From: Acidimicrobiia bacterium
GTDB taxonomy: Bacteria > Actinomycetota > Acidimicrobiia > IMCC26256 > JACDBD01
Direction of reading: 5' to 3'
Assembly: GCA_036005605.1 (NCBI GenBank)
Contig: DASYQJ010000251.1
Span: forward strand, 1,105 to 65,104
DNA length: 64,000 nt
Shown: in pieces, positions 37,857 through 48,062 of the stretch
Position numbering within the stretch: position 1 is the first letter of the stretch
How the letters are laid out: each line of letters starts with the position of its first letter
Position numbers and translations under genes: made by a program
Notes under the pieces: generated by a model
Seen by the model: the letters and a program-made list of their open reading frames with translations, nothing else
Told to the model about the DNA's origin: nothing
Database searches by the model: none

Positions 37857-38658
37857 GCGGGATGAGCACGTGAGCGGGTCCATTTACGAGGAGCTCCGAG
37901 ACCTGCTGCGCGGCGAGGAGCCGGTGGCGCTCGCGACCGTGGTGGCGGGGCCCCAAACGGGCGCCAAGCTGCTCGTGCTGCCGGTCGGCGAGCCGCGCGG
38001 CGATCTCGGCGACCCGGACCTCGACCGGGTTGTGGCCCGCGACGCGCGCGGCCAGCTGGAGGTCGGGCGGACCGATACGCGCCACTACGGGCCGCACGGC
38101 GAGGCCCGTGAGGAGGCCGTCGAGGTCTTCATCGAATCGTTCGCGCCGCCGCCGAGGATGATCATCTTCGGCGCGGTGGACTTCACGGCCGCGCTGGCGC
38201 GCGCCGCCAAGCTGTTGGGTTACCGCGTCACCGTGTGTGACGCGCGCGCCGTCTTCGCTACACCACAGCGGTTCCCGATGGCCGACGAGGTCGTCAACGA
38301 CTGGCCCGACCGGCATTTGGCCAAGGTCGGCGAAGAGCTGGGGCCGCGCGACGCGGTATGCGTCCTCACGCATGACCACAAGTTCGACGTCCCCGCGATC
38401 ACCGCTGCCCTCGACACCGCCGTCGGCTATGTCGGCGCGATGGGCTCGCGCCGCACGCACGCTGACCGGGTACGGCGACTGCGTGATAGTGGCGTCGACG
38501 ACGCCGCGTTGACCCGTGTCATGGCGCCGATCGGCCTCGACCTCGGTGCGCGCACGCCCGAGGAGACGGCTGTCTCGATCTGCGCCGAGATCATCGCCCT
38601 GCGCACTGGGCGCGAGGCGCGTTCGCTGCGCGACGCCGACGGTCCCATCCACGCCTGA
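37846..38658 (+). CDS. XdhC family protein, second XdhC_CoxI-like segment plus Rossmann-like XdhC_C domain
   Basis: VALATVVAGPQTGAKLLV... followed by MIIFGAVDFTAALARAAKLLGYRVTVCD. The start (TTG 37846 or GTG 37870) overlaps or abuts the previous ORF in another frame. Confidence 0.7.
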   Translation: MTGERDEHVSGSIYEELRDLLRGEEPVALATVVAGPQTGAKLLVLPVGEPRGDLGDPDLDRVVARDARGQLEVGRTDTRHYGPHGEAREEAVEVFIESFAPPPRMIIFGAVDFTAALARAAKLLGYRVTVCDARAVFATPQRFPMADEVVNDWPDRHLAKVGEELGPRDAVCVLTHDHKFDVPAITAALDTAVGYVGAMGSRRTHADRVRRLRDSGVDDAALTRVMAPIGLDLGARTPEETAVSICAEIIALRTGREARSLRDADGPIHA

Positions 38659-38705
38659 TCAGCCGCAGCCGGACGAGCCACCCCGCCGCACGAGAGGAGA
38701 CAACG

Positions 38706-39440
38706 ATGGACCTCGGCATCTCGGGTCGCCGTGCCGCGGTCGCCGCCGCCAGCCGTGGGCTCGGATTCGCGACGGCGTCCGCCCTCGCCGACGAGGGTGT
38801 CCACGTTGCGTTGTGCAGCCGGAACCAGGACGCGATCGAGGACGCCGCCGACCGCATCGGCCACGACGCCGTTCCGCTGGCCGAGGACGTCTCCACTGCC
38901 AACGGCGCGCGTCGCTTCGTCGACGCCGCCCGCGACGCCCTCGGCGGCATCGACATCCTGGTGACGAACGCGGGCGGGCCACCTCCCGGCGACTTCTCGT
39001 CGACCCGCGTCGATCAGTACCTCGCCGCGCTCGAGCTGAACTGCCTGTCCGTGATCGCGATGTGCGACGCCGCCGTGCCGCACATGCGCGAGCAGCGGTG
39101 GGGGAGGGTGGTGGCGATCACGTCGATCGCGGTACGGCAACCGATCCCGCAGCTGATCCTCTCCAACACCGCCCGCGCCGGCGCGACCGGGTTCCTCAAG
39201 ACCCTGGCACGCGAAGTCGCCGGCGACGGTGTGACGGTCAACTCGCTCCAGCCCGGCATGCACGACACCGAACGGGTCCGCCAGCTCGGCAACAGGGACC
39301 CCGACGGCATCCCCGCCGGCGTGCTCGGCCGACCCGAGGACTTCGGCGCGCTCGCGGCGTTCGTGTCCTCCGAGCAAGCCCGCTACCTCACCGGCACGGC
39401 GATCCACGTCGACGGCGGCGCGTACGCTGGTCTGCTGTGA
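38706..39440 (+). CDS. Short-chain dehydrogenase/reductase family oxidoreductase
   Basis: 244 aa. Gly-rich N-terminus (AAASRGLGFA), LVTNAGG, Rossmann-fold layout. Confidence 0.82.
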   Translation: MDLGISGRRAAVAAASRGLGFATASALADEGVHVALCSRNQDAIEDAADRIGHDAVPLAEDVSTANGARRFVDAARDALGGIDILVTNAGGPPPGDFSSTRVDQYLAALELNCLSVIAMCDAAVPHMREQRWGRVVAITSIAVRQPIPQLILSNTARAGATGFLKTLAREVAGDGVTVNSLQPGMHDTERVRQLGNRDPDGIPAGVLGRPEDFGALAAFVSSEQARYLTGTAIHVDGGAYAGLL

Positions 39441-40066
39441 GCGCCACCGCGGCGAGCGCGAAGGGCGCGCGTCAACCCACCGATCACGGCATCCTGACGC
39501 TGCCGAACCTCATCTCGATCGGCCGGTTGGCGTGCGTGCCGGTGTTCCTCTGGCTCCTGCTCGGCCGCGAAGACCAGATCGCGGCCGCAGTCCTGCTCGC
39601 CGTGCTCGGCGCGACCGACTGGGTGGACGGCTGGATCGCGCGCCACTTCGACCAAGCGAGCGATATCGGCAAGGTCCTCGATCCGACCGCCGACCGGATC
39701 CTGCTCCTCTGCGCCGGGCTCGCGCTGCTCGCCGACGGCAGCCTGCCGTTGTGGGTGGGCGTCGTCGTGCTCGCCCGTGAGGCGGTGATCTCGGTGGCGG
39801 TGCTCGTGCTGGCGGCCGCGGGTGCCCGCCGCATGGACGTGCGGTGGGCCGGGAAGGCGGGAACACTGGCGCTGATGTTCGCCCTGCCCGGCTTCCTTCT
39901 TGCCGATGCGATCTCGGAGATCCGGGTGCCGTTGCTGGTCGTGACCTGGGCGTTCACGATCGGCGGCCTCGTGCTCAGTTACTACGCCGCCGCGGCGTAC
40001 ATCCCGCAGGCCCGGGCGGCGCTGCGCGAGGGGAGGACGTCGCACGACGAGGGGATGGTGGCGTGA
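39437..40066 (+). CDS. pgsA: CDP-alcohol phosphatidyltransferase (PgsA-like)
   Basis: GTG 39437 (GTGA overlap). Signature D-x2-DG-x2-AR...G-x3-D-x3-D, seen as ATDWVDGWIARHFDQASDIGKVLDPTADR. Confidence 0.85.
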   Translation: MSATAASAKGARQPTDHGILTLPNLISIGRLACVPVFLWLLLGREDQIAAAVLLAVLGATDWVDGWIARHFDQASDIGKVLDPTADRILLLCAGLALLADGSLPLWVGVVVLAREAVISVAVLVLAAAGARRMDVRWAGKAGTLALMFALPGFLLADAISEIRVPLLVVTWAFTIGGLVLSYYAAAAYIPQARAALREGRTSHDEGMVA

Positions 40067-42555
40067 AAGCGGTGATCCTGGCCGGGGGAGAGGGCACGAG
40101 GCTGCGGCCGCTCACGAGCAACCAGCCCAAGCCGATGATGCCCCTGGCGAACCGGCCGATGATGGAGCACGTCGTGCGGCTGCTCGCGACCCACGGTTTC
40201 GACGACGTCGTCGTGACCGTGGCGTTCCTCGCCAACCAGATCCGGGACTACTTCGGCGACGGGTCCGATTTCGGTGTGCGGATGCGGTACGCGACCGAGG
40301 AGACCCCGCTCGGAACTGCCGGTTCCGTGCTCAACGCGTCCGACGAGCTCGACGACACGTTCCTGGTGATCTCGGGCGACGTGCTCACCGACATCGACCT
40401 CGGCGCGATCGTCAAGGCGCACCAGGACGCCGGCGCGCTTGCATCGATCGCGCTCAAGCGGGTCGAGAACCCGCTCGAGTTCGCGATCGTGATCACCCGT
40501 CCCGACGGCAGCATCGAGCGCTTCCTCGAGAAGCCGAGCTGGGGCGAGGTGTTCTCCGATACCGCGAACACCGGCATCTACGTCCTCGAGCCCGGCATCT
40601 TCGATTTCATCCGCGCCGACGAGGTCGTCGACTTCGCGGGGGACGTCTTCCCGGCCGTGCTCGAGAAGAAGCTTCCGCTCATCGGCACGGTCGTCGACGG
40701 CTACTGGGAGGACGTGGGGACGCTCGAGGCGTACCTCCGAGCCCATCAGGACGTTCTCGACCAGCGCGTCCACGTCGACATCGACGGGTTCCGGATCGGC
40801 GAGGGGATCTGGCTCGGCGAGGGCGCCGACGTCGATCCCACCGCCCGCATCGAGGGCCCCGTCGTGATCGGCGACAACTGTCGCGTCGAGGCAGGTGCAC
40901 ACCTGCGGGAGTACACCGTGCTCGGCACCGACGTCGTGGTGAAGTCGGACGCCTTCGTCGAGCGGGCTGTCTGCCACGACCACGTCTACGTGGGGCCGAG
41001 CGCGCGCTTGCGGGGTTGCGTGATCGGACGTTCGACCGACCTGCGCGCCCACGCCCGCATCGAGGAGGGCGTCGTCGTCGGGGACGAATGCTTCGTCGGC
41101 GAGCAAGCCGTCATCAACCCGGGCGTCAAGGTGTACCCGTTCAAGACGGTCGAGAACGGGGCCGTCGTCAACTCGTCGATCGTGTGGGAGAGCCGCGGCG
41201 CCCGGACCCTTTTCGGCCGGCGGGGAATCCGCGGCCTGGCCAACGTCGACGTCACGCCTGAGGTCGCGATCCGCGTCGCGACGGCGTACGGCACCGCGCT
41301 CAAAAAGGGCGCCACCGTCACGATCAGCCGTGACACCAGCCGGGTCGCACGGGCGTTGAAGCGGGCCCTCATCGGTGGTGTGAACCTCGCCGGTGTCAGC
41401 GTGGAGGACGTCGAGCTCGCCACCGTGCCCCTCACCCGCTTCCAGGTCCGCAACGGCAAGGCGCGCGGCGGCATCACCGTGCGTCTCGCCCCCGGTGATC
41501 CCGACGCCGTCGAGATCCGTTTCTTCGACGCCGACGGGCGCGACATCGACGAGTCGACACAACGCAAGATCGAGCGGCTGCTCTACCGGGAGGACTACCG
41601 GCGCGCGTTCGCCGCCGACATCGGCGACATCGAGTACCCGCCCCGGTCACTCGAGTTCTACACGTCGGCCCTCATGGACACCGTGGACCAGGAGCGGTTG
41701 CTCGACCGGGCGTTCAAGGTCGTGCTCGACTACTCGTTCGGCGCCGCGTCCATCGTGATGCCGAGCGTCCTGGCCAAGACGGGCGCCGAGGTGCTCTCCA
41801 TCAACCCGTTCGCCAGCACCGCGTCCGCGACCGCCGCGCTCGAGGAGCGGTCTGCGCGCGTGTCGCGCCTGTCGGAGCTGGTCCGAGCGTCCGGCAGCCA
41901 GCTCGGCGTGGTCATGGACCCCGACGGCGAGACCGCCACGATCATCGACGACGAAGGCCACGCGCTCGACAACGACCAGGCGCTGCTCGCGCTCCTGACA
42001 CTGGTGACCGAGGCGAAGTCGGACGCCCGCGTCGCGCTGCCGGTGTCGGTGACGCGGGAGGCCGAGCGCATCGCGGGGGAGCGCGGCGCCACGATCACGT
42101 GGACGAAGCTGTCGGCGCCTCATCTCATGGAGGTGGCCTCGGCGGGCGGCGTCGACTTCGCCGCCGCGCAGGACGGCGGGTTCATCTGGCCCGACTTCAT
42201 GCCCGCCTTCGACGCCACCGCGACGCTCGTCAAGCTGCTGGACCTCCTCGCCGGCACCGGCAGGACGCTGTCGTCGGTCGTCAAGCGCCTGCCCCGTCTG
42301 CACATCGCCCACGAGACCGTTGCGACGCCATGGGAGCGCAAGGGAGCCGTCATGCGCGAGATGGTCGAACGCGCCGGAGCGCGCGACGTCGTCCTCGTGG
42401 ACGGGGTCAAGGTGGTGCATCCCGACGGCTGGGCTCTCGTCCTCCCCGATCCCGAGGAAGCGCTGACCCACGTGTGGGCCGAAGGGGAGAGCGACCAGAA
42501 CGCCCGGCAGCTCGCCCAGGAGTACGCGCGGCGAATCCGCCAGGTTCTGAGGTAG
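40063..42555 (+). CDS. Fusion protein: sugar-1-phosphate nucleotidylyltransferase + hexapeptide-repeat domain + phosphohexomutase-like domains
   Basis: 830 aa from GTG 40063. N-terminus AVILAGGEGTRLRPLT, LbH repeats in the middle, and a C-terminal PGM/PMM-like fold with degenerate loops (see findings). Confidence 0.85.
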   Translation: MKAVILAGGEGTRLRPLTSNQPKPMMPLANRPMMEHVVRLLATHGFDDVVVTVAFLANQIRDYFGDGSDFGVRMRYATEETPLGTAGSVLNASDELDDTFLVISGDVLTDIDLGAIVKAHQDAGALASIALKRVENPLEFAIVITRPDGSIERFLEKPSWGEVFSDTANTGIYVLEPGIFDFIRADEVVDFAGDVFPAVLEKKLPLIGTVVDGYWEDVGTLEAYLRAHQDVLDQRVHVDIDGFRIGEGIWLGEGADVDPTARIEGPVVIGDNCRVEAGAHLREYTVLGTDVVVKSDAFVERAVCHDHVYVGPSARLRGCVIGRSTDLRAHARIEEGVVVGDECFVGEQAVINPGVKVYPFKTVENGAVVNSSIVWESRGARTLFGRRGIRGLANVDVTPEVAIRVATAYGTALKKGATVTISRDTSRVARALKRALIGGVNLAGVSVEDVELATVPLTRFQVRNGKARGGITVRLAPGDPDAVEIRFFDADGRDIDESTQRKIERLLYREDYRRAFAADIGDIEYPPRSLEFYTSALMDTVDQERLLDRAFKVVLDYSFGAASIVMPSVLAKTGAEVLSINPFASTASATAALEERSARVSRLSELVRASGSQLGVVMDPDGETATIIDDEGHALDNDQALLALLTLVTEAKSDARVALPVSVTREAERIAGERGATITWTKLSAPHLMEVASAGGVDFAAAQDGGFIWPDFMPAFDATATLVKLLDLLAGTGRTLSSVVKRLPRLHIAHETVATPWERKGAVMREMVERAGARDVVLVDGVKVVHPDGWALVLPDPEEALTHVWAEGESDQNARQLAQEYARRIRQVLR

Positions 42556-42565
42556 ACATCGGGGC

Positions 42566-42949
42566 ATGGAGTTCCCCGATCAGCTTCGGTACACGAAAGA
42601 GCACGAGTGGGTCGCGGTGGAAGGCGCACGCGGCCGGGTGGGGATCACGGACTTCGCCCAGGACGCGCTCGGTGATGTTGTATTCGTACAGCTCCCGGAC
42701 GTCGGCGCGAACGTGAGCGCCATGAGCAGCATCGCCGAGGTCGAGTCGACGAAGTCGGTGTCGGACATCTACGCACCTGTCAGCGGGACGGTCGCCGAGG
42801 TCAACGCCGGGTTGGAATCGACCCCGGAGCAGCTGAATCAGGACCCGTACGGGGACGGGTGGATCTTCGTGATCGAGATGTCGGACGCATCGCAGGTCGA
42901 TTCCCTGCTCGACGCGGCCGCCTACCGTCGCCTCGTCGAGGAGCAGTAG
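42566..42949 (+). CDS. gcvH: Glycine cleavage system protein H
   Basis: 127 aa. Lipoyl-lysine motif AEVESTKSVSDIYAP. Confidence 0.95.
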   Translation: MEFPDQLRYTKEHEWVAVEGARGRVGITDFAQDALGDVVFVQLPDVGANVSAMSSIAEVESTKSVSDIYAPVSGTVAEVNAGLESTPEQLNQDPYGDGWIFVIEMSDASQVDSLLDAAAYRRLVEEQ

Positions 42950-43007
42950 CCCGCAGTCGTCGCAGTCGCCGGGGCGGATCGGCCCAAGCGGCAGTACCCT
43001 TTCCAGG

Positions 43008-43484
43008 GTGATTTGTGCGCGGTGCGGGCACGACAACGAGGTGGGGGCCAACTTCTGCTCGTCCTGTGGCGCGCCGCTGGCGAGCACCGAGGACGAGACC
43101 ACGGCAACCCTCGCCATCGAGGACCGCCACGAGCTCGACGACGAGATGGGGGCGTTGCTGGCCGAGCTCCCGGCCGGCATGGGCGTGGTGGTCGTCCGGC
43201 GGGGCCCGAACGCCGGCAGCCGGTTCTCGCTCGAGCGTGACACCACGACGGTGGGCCGCCACCCGGACTCGGACATCTTCCTCGATGACATCACGGTCTC
43301 GCGTCGCCACGCCGTGATCCGCCACGACCGCGACGGCTACGAGGTGAGCGACGCCGGCTCGCTGAACGGCACGTACGTGAACCACGAGCGGATCGAGACG
43401 ACCACGCTCCGTCACCTCGACGAGCTCCAGGTTGGACGGTTCGTGCTCCTCTTCATGGTCGGCGGCCTCGAGGAGCACGCGTGA
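43008..43484 (+). CDS. FHA-domain protein with N-terminal zinc ribbon (GarA/OdhI-position homologue)
   Basis: [19 protein letters not shown] ribbon, Thr-rich linker (EDETTATL), and FHA core [22 protein letters not shown]...SLNGTYVN. Confidence 0.88.
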   Translation: MICARCGHDNEVGANFCSSCGAPLASTEDETTATLAIEDRHELDDEMGALLAELPAGMGVVVVRRGPNAGSRFSLERDTTTVGRHPDSDIFLDDITVSRRHAVIRHDRDGYEVSDAGSLNGTYVNHERIETTTLRHLDELQVGRFVLLFMVGGLEEHA

Positions 43485-44500
43485 GCCTGAACCCGAGCCG
43501 CAGCGCGGCGGAAGATTCGTCGCATCTGTCGATCGGCGAGGTTCTCAACATCCTGCGCGAGGAGTTTCCGGACGTCACGATCTCGAAGATTCGATTCCTC
43601 GAGAGCCAGGGCCTCATCGACCCGGAGCGAACCCCGTCCGGGTATCGCAAGTTCTACGAGTCGGACGTCTCGCGACTCCGCTGGATACTCCACCAGCAAA
43701 AGGAGAACTTCCTCCCGCTGAAGGTCATCAAGGAGCGGCTCGACCGCATGGGCGAGGAGCAACCGGCGCCGGTGCATGCAATGGCGCGCCAGAAGCCCCG
43801 AGGACGCCGCGCTCCGTCCCGCCAGGCGCGACGCGCCGCCCAGGATCTCGCCCCGCAACTTCCACTCGGCGACCCGATGCCGGCACCGCCCGACAACGAC
43901 GAGCTCGCCCCGACCGCCGAGAACGGCGACCGGGCGCGCATGGATGAGCACACGCGGCCGCGCGAGACGGGGGACGCGCCCACCCCGCCACGACAAGAGA
44001 AGCGAGCGGAGGCGAGGCGCCCGGCACCCCGAGCAGAGGAAGGGCGCCCCGCGCGCCCGGCCCGTCCGGACGAGTCACCCCCGGAAGCGCCCGACGATGC
44101 TGCTCCCACCGGCGGCGAAGACGGCCTGACGCGCCGCGAGCTCGCGCGGTCCGCCGGCCTCGAGGACTGGCAGCTGAACGAGCTCGAGTCGTTCGGCTTG
44201 CTCGAGCCGGTCGCGTACAACGGCCGTGACGCGCTGTTCGACGACGAAGGCCAGGCGATCGCGGCGGCCGCCGCCGGCTTCTACGCGCACGGCATCAGCG
44301 CCCGGCACCTCCGCATGTACAAGCACTTCGCCGAACGCGAGGCTGGGCTGTTCGAGCAGGTGATGCAGCAGTACATCCGGCAACGGAACCCCGAAGCCCG
44401 CGCCAAGGCGCAACAGGAGCTGGCGTCGCTGTCACGGCTCGGGCGTGCGTTGCGGTCGGCGCTGCTCGTCCACGCCGTACGCGACTCGCTCGGCGAGTGA
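43481..44500 (+). CDS. MerR family transcriptional regulator (Rv1828/FtsR-like)
   Basis: [47 protein letters not shown]. Long low-complexity linker. Conserved C-terminal domain. GTGA overlap with the FHA gene. Confidence 0.85.
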   Translation: MSLNPSRSAAEDSSHLSIGEVLNILREEFPDVTISKIRFLESQGLIDPERTPSGYRKFYESDVSRLRWILHQQKENFLPLKVIKERLDRMGEEQPAPVHAMARQKPRGRRAPSRQARRAAQDLAPQLPLGDPMPAPPDNDELAPTAENGDRARMDEHTRPRETGDAPTPPRQEKRAEARRPAPRAEEGRPARPARPDESPPEAPDDAAPTGGEDGLTRRELARSAGLEDWQLNELESFGLLEPVAYNGRDALFDDEGQAIAAAAAGFYAHGISARHLRMYKHFAEREAGLFEQVMQQYIRQRNPEARAKAQQELASLSRLGRALRSALLVHAVRDSLGE

Positions 44501-45126
44501 CCGGAGCGACGCAGACCAGGGAAGAACCGCCGCCGACCGTGCTGGTCGACGAACGTGCCATCAGCGCGCACGTCGAGCGCATCGCCGGTCGAATTACCCG
44601 CGATCATCCCGACGGTGTCGTGCTCGTCGGCGTGCTGAAGGGGGCGCTGATCTTCCTCGCCGACCTGGTGCGCGCCATCACCGAGATCGACGTCACCGTC
44701 GACTTCCTCGCCATCTCCCGGTACGCCCCCGACTCGGGCCGCGTCCGGATCCTCAAAGACCTCGACGTGGACGTCGAAGGTCGCGACGTCGTCATCGTGG
44801 AAGACCTGGTCGACACCGGCCTCACGCTCGCGTACCTCCTGTCGCACGTTCGTGAGCGTGCGCCGCGTTCCCTCGACGTTTGTACGTTGCTGAACCGGCC
44901 CGTACGGCGCATCGTGCCCCTGTCGGTCCGCTACGTGGGAGAGGAGATCGACGACGTGTTCGTGCTCGGGTACGGCCTGCACCAGGCCGACCTGTATCGA
45001 AATGTTCCGTTCATCGTCGAGGCGGACCGGAACGTCGTGCTCGACCGACCCGCGGCATACGTCGACGCCCTCTATGGGCCCGGCGCGGCGCCCGTCCGTC
45101 GGCGTCCACCGTCACTCCGTTCGTGA
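44497..45126 (+). CDS. hpt: Hypoxanthine phosphoribosyltransferase
   Basis: [11 protein letters not shown] and the PRPP motif [14 protein letters not shown]. The start may be the internal GTG at 44539. Confidence 0.88.
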   Translation: MTGATQTREEPPPTVLVDERAISAHVERIAGRITRDHPDGVVLVGVLKGALIFLADLVRAITEIDVTVDFLAISRYAPDSGRVRILKDLDVDVEGRDVVIVEDLVDTGLTLAYLLSHVRERAPRSLDVCTLLNRPVRRIVPLSVRYVGEEIDDVFVLGYGLHQADLYRNVPFIVEADRNVVLDRPAAYVDALYGPGAAPVRRRPPSLRS

Positions 45127-45172
45127 AGGCGGGTGGTAAGTTGAGGTCTCCCCGGATCTACGGAGGCAGCGC

Positions 45173-45655
45173 GTGATCCGTCTGTCGCTGGTGGGAGTTC
45201 GAGTCGAGGTTCCCACGAACCAGCCGATCGTGCTTCTGCGCGAGGACGAGGGTCAGCGGTACCTGCCGATCTTCATCGGGCCGCCGGAGGCGACCGCCAT
45301 CGTGTACGCCCTCCAGGGCATGGAAACCCCCCGGCCGATGACCCACGATCTCTTCAAGACCGTCCTCGACGACATGTCGATGCGGCTGCAGCAGGTCGTG
45401 ATCACCGAGCTCCACGACGGCACCTTCTACGCCGAGATCGAGCTGGCCGGGAACGGCAACGCCTACCGCATCTCCTCGCGGCCCTCGGACGCGATCGCGC
45501 TCGCGGTCCGGTACGAGGACGCCGTCCCGATCTTCGCCGACGAGGCGGTCCTCGAGGAGGCGGGCGTGCTCTTCGAGAACGACGAGGAAGAAGAGCAGAT
45601 CGAGCAGTTCCGGGAGTTCCTCGACCAGGTCCGGCCCGAGGACTTCGCCCAGTAG
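45173..45655 (+). CDS. Bifunctional nuclease family protein (DUF151)
   Basis: PIVLLREDEGQRYLPIFIGPPEATAI and RPMTHDL. GGAGG 7 nt upstream of GTG 45173. Confidence 0.88.
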   Translation: MIRLSLVGVRVEVPTNQPIVLLREDEGQRYLPIFIGPPEATAIVYALQGMETPRPMTHDLFKTVLDDMSMRLQQVVITELHDGTFYAEIELAGNGNAYRISSRPSDAIALAVRYEDAVPIFADEAVLEEAGVLFENDEEEEQIEQFREFLDQVRPEDFAQ

Positions 45656-45687
45656 CCGGCCCCTCCGGGGGAGGGGTGGGGAGAACG

Positions 45688-45716
45688 TTGACCCGCCGTC
45701 CGGCGACGAGTAGCGT
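45688..45716 (+). promoter_or_regulatory. Candidate sigma-A-type promoter for the downstream MerR gene
   Basis: TTGACC (45688-93), 17-nt spacer, TAGCGT (45711-16; TANNNT). About 70 nt upstream of ATG 45788. Confidence 0.35.
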
Positions 45717-45787
45717 CACACGGGCGTAACTACCGGCGTGTCACTTCGCGGGTCGAACCGGCGCCCGCGCCCGAGACGGAGCGTCCA

Positions 45788-46384
45788 ATGAGTCAGCGCA
45801 CGACCGAGGGCAAAGCTAGCCGCGGGGGTTCGAACGGAGGCGTCCCGCGCCTCGAGCAGGGATCGCTCGACGCGGCGTTGGCAGGCCGCGACGGTGGCGA
45901 CGAGATCGGCTTCCGCGGGCCACAGGTGTGCAAGATCGTCGGCATCACGTACCGGCAGCTCGACTACTGGGCCCGCACCGAGCTCGTGCGCCCGTCGCTC
46001 GCGGACGCGCGGGGGAGCGGCACACAGCGGCGGTACTCCTACCGCGACCTCGTGCGCCTCAAGGTGATCAAGAACCTCCTCGACTCGGGCGTGAAGCTCC
46101 AGGCGGCCCGGAAGGCGATCGAGTACGTCCGCGGCGACCTCGGCGACGACTGGGCGTCGGCGAGCCTCGTGCTCAACGGTACGAACTCGGTGCTCGTCCG
46201 GACCGGCGAGGACCTCGTCGACGTCGTGCGTCAGGGGCAGGGCGTGCTGAACATCGTGTCGCTCGGGCAAGTGGTCGACGAGCTCGAGGCCAGCATCCAT
46301 GACCTCGGCGATGCCGCGCCCGACGACGCCCCGGCGCGCGCTGCCCATCCTGCGGGCAGCTCATCGGCCGCCGAGGGCGGCTGA
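45788..46384 (+). CDS. MerR family transcriptional regulator (Rv1830-like)
   Basis: HTH VCKIVGITYRQLDYWARTELVRPS...RRYSYRDLVRLKVIKNLLD. Confidence 0.85.
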   Translation: MSQRTTEGKASRGGSNGGVPRLEQGSLDAALAGRDGGDEIGFRGPQVCKIVGITYRQLDYWARTELVRPSLADARGSGTQRRYSYRDLVRLKVIKNLLDSGVKLQAARKAIEYVRGDLGDDWASASLVLNGTNSVLVRTGEDLVDVVRQGQGVLNIVSLGQVVDELEASIHDLGDAAPDDAPARAAHPAGSSSAAEGG

Positions 46385-46396
46385 CGGGCAGGTGCG

Positions 46397-46858
46397 ATGA
46401 GCGAGGCGACGCTCCCACACGAGATCGTCCGTTTCGCTCACAACTCCGAGCGCCAGTTCGCCAAGCTCCTCGACTTCTACGGCATCGAATGGGAGTACGA
46501 GCCGCGCACGTTCACGTTGGAACGCGACCGTGACGGCCGCCCCGTACAGGCGTTCACTCCCGACTTCTACCTGCCGGCGTACGACCTCTACATCGAGATC
46601 ACGACCCTCAACCAGAAGCTCGTCACCAAGAAGAACCGCAAGGCCCGCCGGCTCCGCGAGCTGCACCCCGAGATCCGCATCAAGGTGCTGTACCAGCGCG
46701 ACTACCTGCACCTGCTCGTGAAGTACGGGCTCGAGCCTCCGTCGCAGCTCAGCGAGCAGCTCGGCGAGGGCGCCCCGTTGCGCTTCGACGTCGACGGTTC
46801 CGCCGGCGCCGCTCGCCCGAACCCGGAGCGCGCCGGTCCCGAAGCCGAGTCGGCCTGA
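46397..46858 (+). CDS. Conserved hypothetical protein, possible PD-(D/E)XK-like fold
   Basis: 153-aa ORF. FTPDFYLP...LYIEITT...KK arrangement is reminiscent of restriction-endonuclease-like cores. Assignment tentative. Confidence 0.6.
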   Translation: MSEATLPHEIVRFAHNSERQFAKLLDFYGIEWEYEPRTFTLERDRDGRPVQAFTPDFYLPAYDLYIEITTLNQKLVTKKNRKARRLRELHPEIRIKVLYQRDYLHLLVKYGLEPPSQLSEQLGEGAPLRFDVDGSAGAARPNPERAGPEAESA

Positions 46859-46889
46859 GCGCGAGGTTCGCCGCCTAGGCTCCGCGCCC

Positions 46890-48038
46890 GTGGCAGAGCC
46901 AGAGGCAGACACTGCGGCATTGCGTCACAGCCCGCTCGACGCCGAACACCGCGCGCTCGGCGCGCGCATGGCGCCGTTCGGCGGCTGGGAGATGCCGATC
47001 CAGTACACCAGCGTGCTCGAGGAGCATCGCGCCTGCCGCGACCACGCGGTCGCGTTCGACGTGTCGCATCTCGGGTCCGTGCGCGTCGCAGGGGCGGGCG
47101 CCTTCGACATGCTGCAGTGGGCGTTCACGAACGACCTGACTCGCATCGGGCCGGGACGCGCGCAGTACACGCACCTACTCGACCTGGACGACGCGCACGT
47201 CGTCGACGACATCATCGTGTGGTGGGTCGGCGACGACGAGTTCCTGGTGATGCCGAACGCGTCCAACACTGCGCCGTTGCTCGCCGCGCTCGAGGACGCG
47301 TCCCGCCACCACGCCGGTGGCGAGTGCACGATCGCCGACGTAACGGAGACCCGCGCCGTGATCGCGGTCCAGGGCCCCGCCGCCCGCAAGGAGCTCGGCG
47401 CCCTGCAGACGGGGTGGGCCGACGTCCGCCGGTTCGCGGTACAGGCCGCCGCGTTCGACGGCGAACCGGGCTGGGTCGCCGGGACCGGCTACACCGGCGA
47501 GGACGGCGTCGAGCTCCACGTGCCCGCGGCCGTCGCGCCGGCGTGCTGGCGGCTCCTCCTCGACGCCGCCATCCGCCCGGCCGGCCTCGGGGCCCGCGAC
47601 ACCCTCCGGCTGGAAGCCGGTCTTCCCCTCCACGGGCACGAGCTCGGCCCCGGCATCACGCCGCTCCAGGCCGGACTGTCGTGGGTCGTGCGGTTCGACA
47701 AGGGTGATTTCCGCGGCCGGGGCCCGCTTGCCGCCGAGCGCGACCGCGGCATCCACCGCCGGCTGCGCGGCCTCGTGCTCGACGGGCGCCAGATTCCCCG
47801 CACCGGCTATGCCGTCCAGATGGGGGAGGAGCGTGTGGGCGAGGTCACGAGCGGCAACTTCTCGCCCGTGCTCGAACGAGGCATCGCCCTCGCGTTCCTC
47901 CGACCCGACCTCGACGAGGGCGCGTCGGTCACCGTCGACATCCGTGGCCGGCCGGCGGCGGCGACCGTCACGAGGCCGCCGTTCGTGCGGCGCGGCCGCG
48001 GCGACGGCGACGGCGCCGGCGACAATCCAAGCAACTAA
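46890..48038 (+). CDS. gcvT: Glycine cleavage system aminomethyltransferase T
   Basis: SPLDAEHRALGARMAPFGGWEMPIQY N-terminus. 382 aa. GTG start. Confidence 0.93.
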   Translation: MAEPEADTAALRHSPLDAEHRALGARMAPFGGWEMPIQYTSVLEEHRACRDHAVAFDVSHLGSVRVAGAGAFDMLQWAFTNDLTRIGPGRAQYTHLLDLDDAHVVDDIIVWWVGDDEFLVMPNASNTAPLLAALEDASRHHAGGECTIADVTETRAVIAVQGPAARKELGALQTGWADVRRFAVQAAAFDGEPGWVAGTGYTGEDGVELHVPAAVAPACWRLLLDAAIRPAGLGARDTLRLEAGLPLHGHELGPGITPLQAGLSWVVRFDKGDFRGRGPLAAERDRGIHRRLRGLVLDGRQIPRTGYAVQMGEERVGEVTSGNFSPVLERGIALAFLRPDLDEGASVTVDIRGRPAAATVTRPPFVRRGRGDGDGAGDNPSN

Positions 48039-48062
48039 CCTCGCGGGAACGCCGTCGAACCC

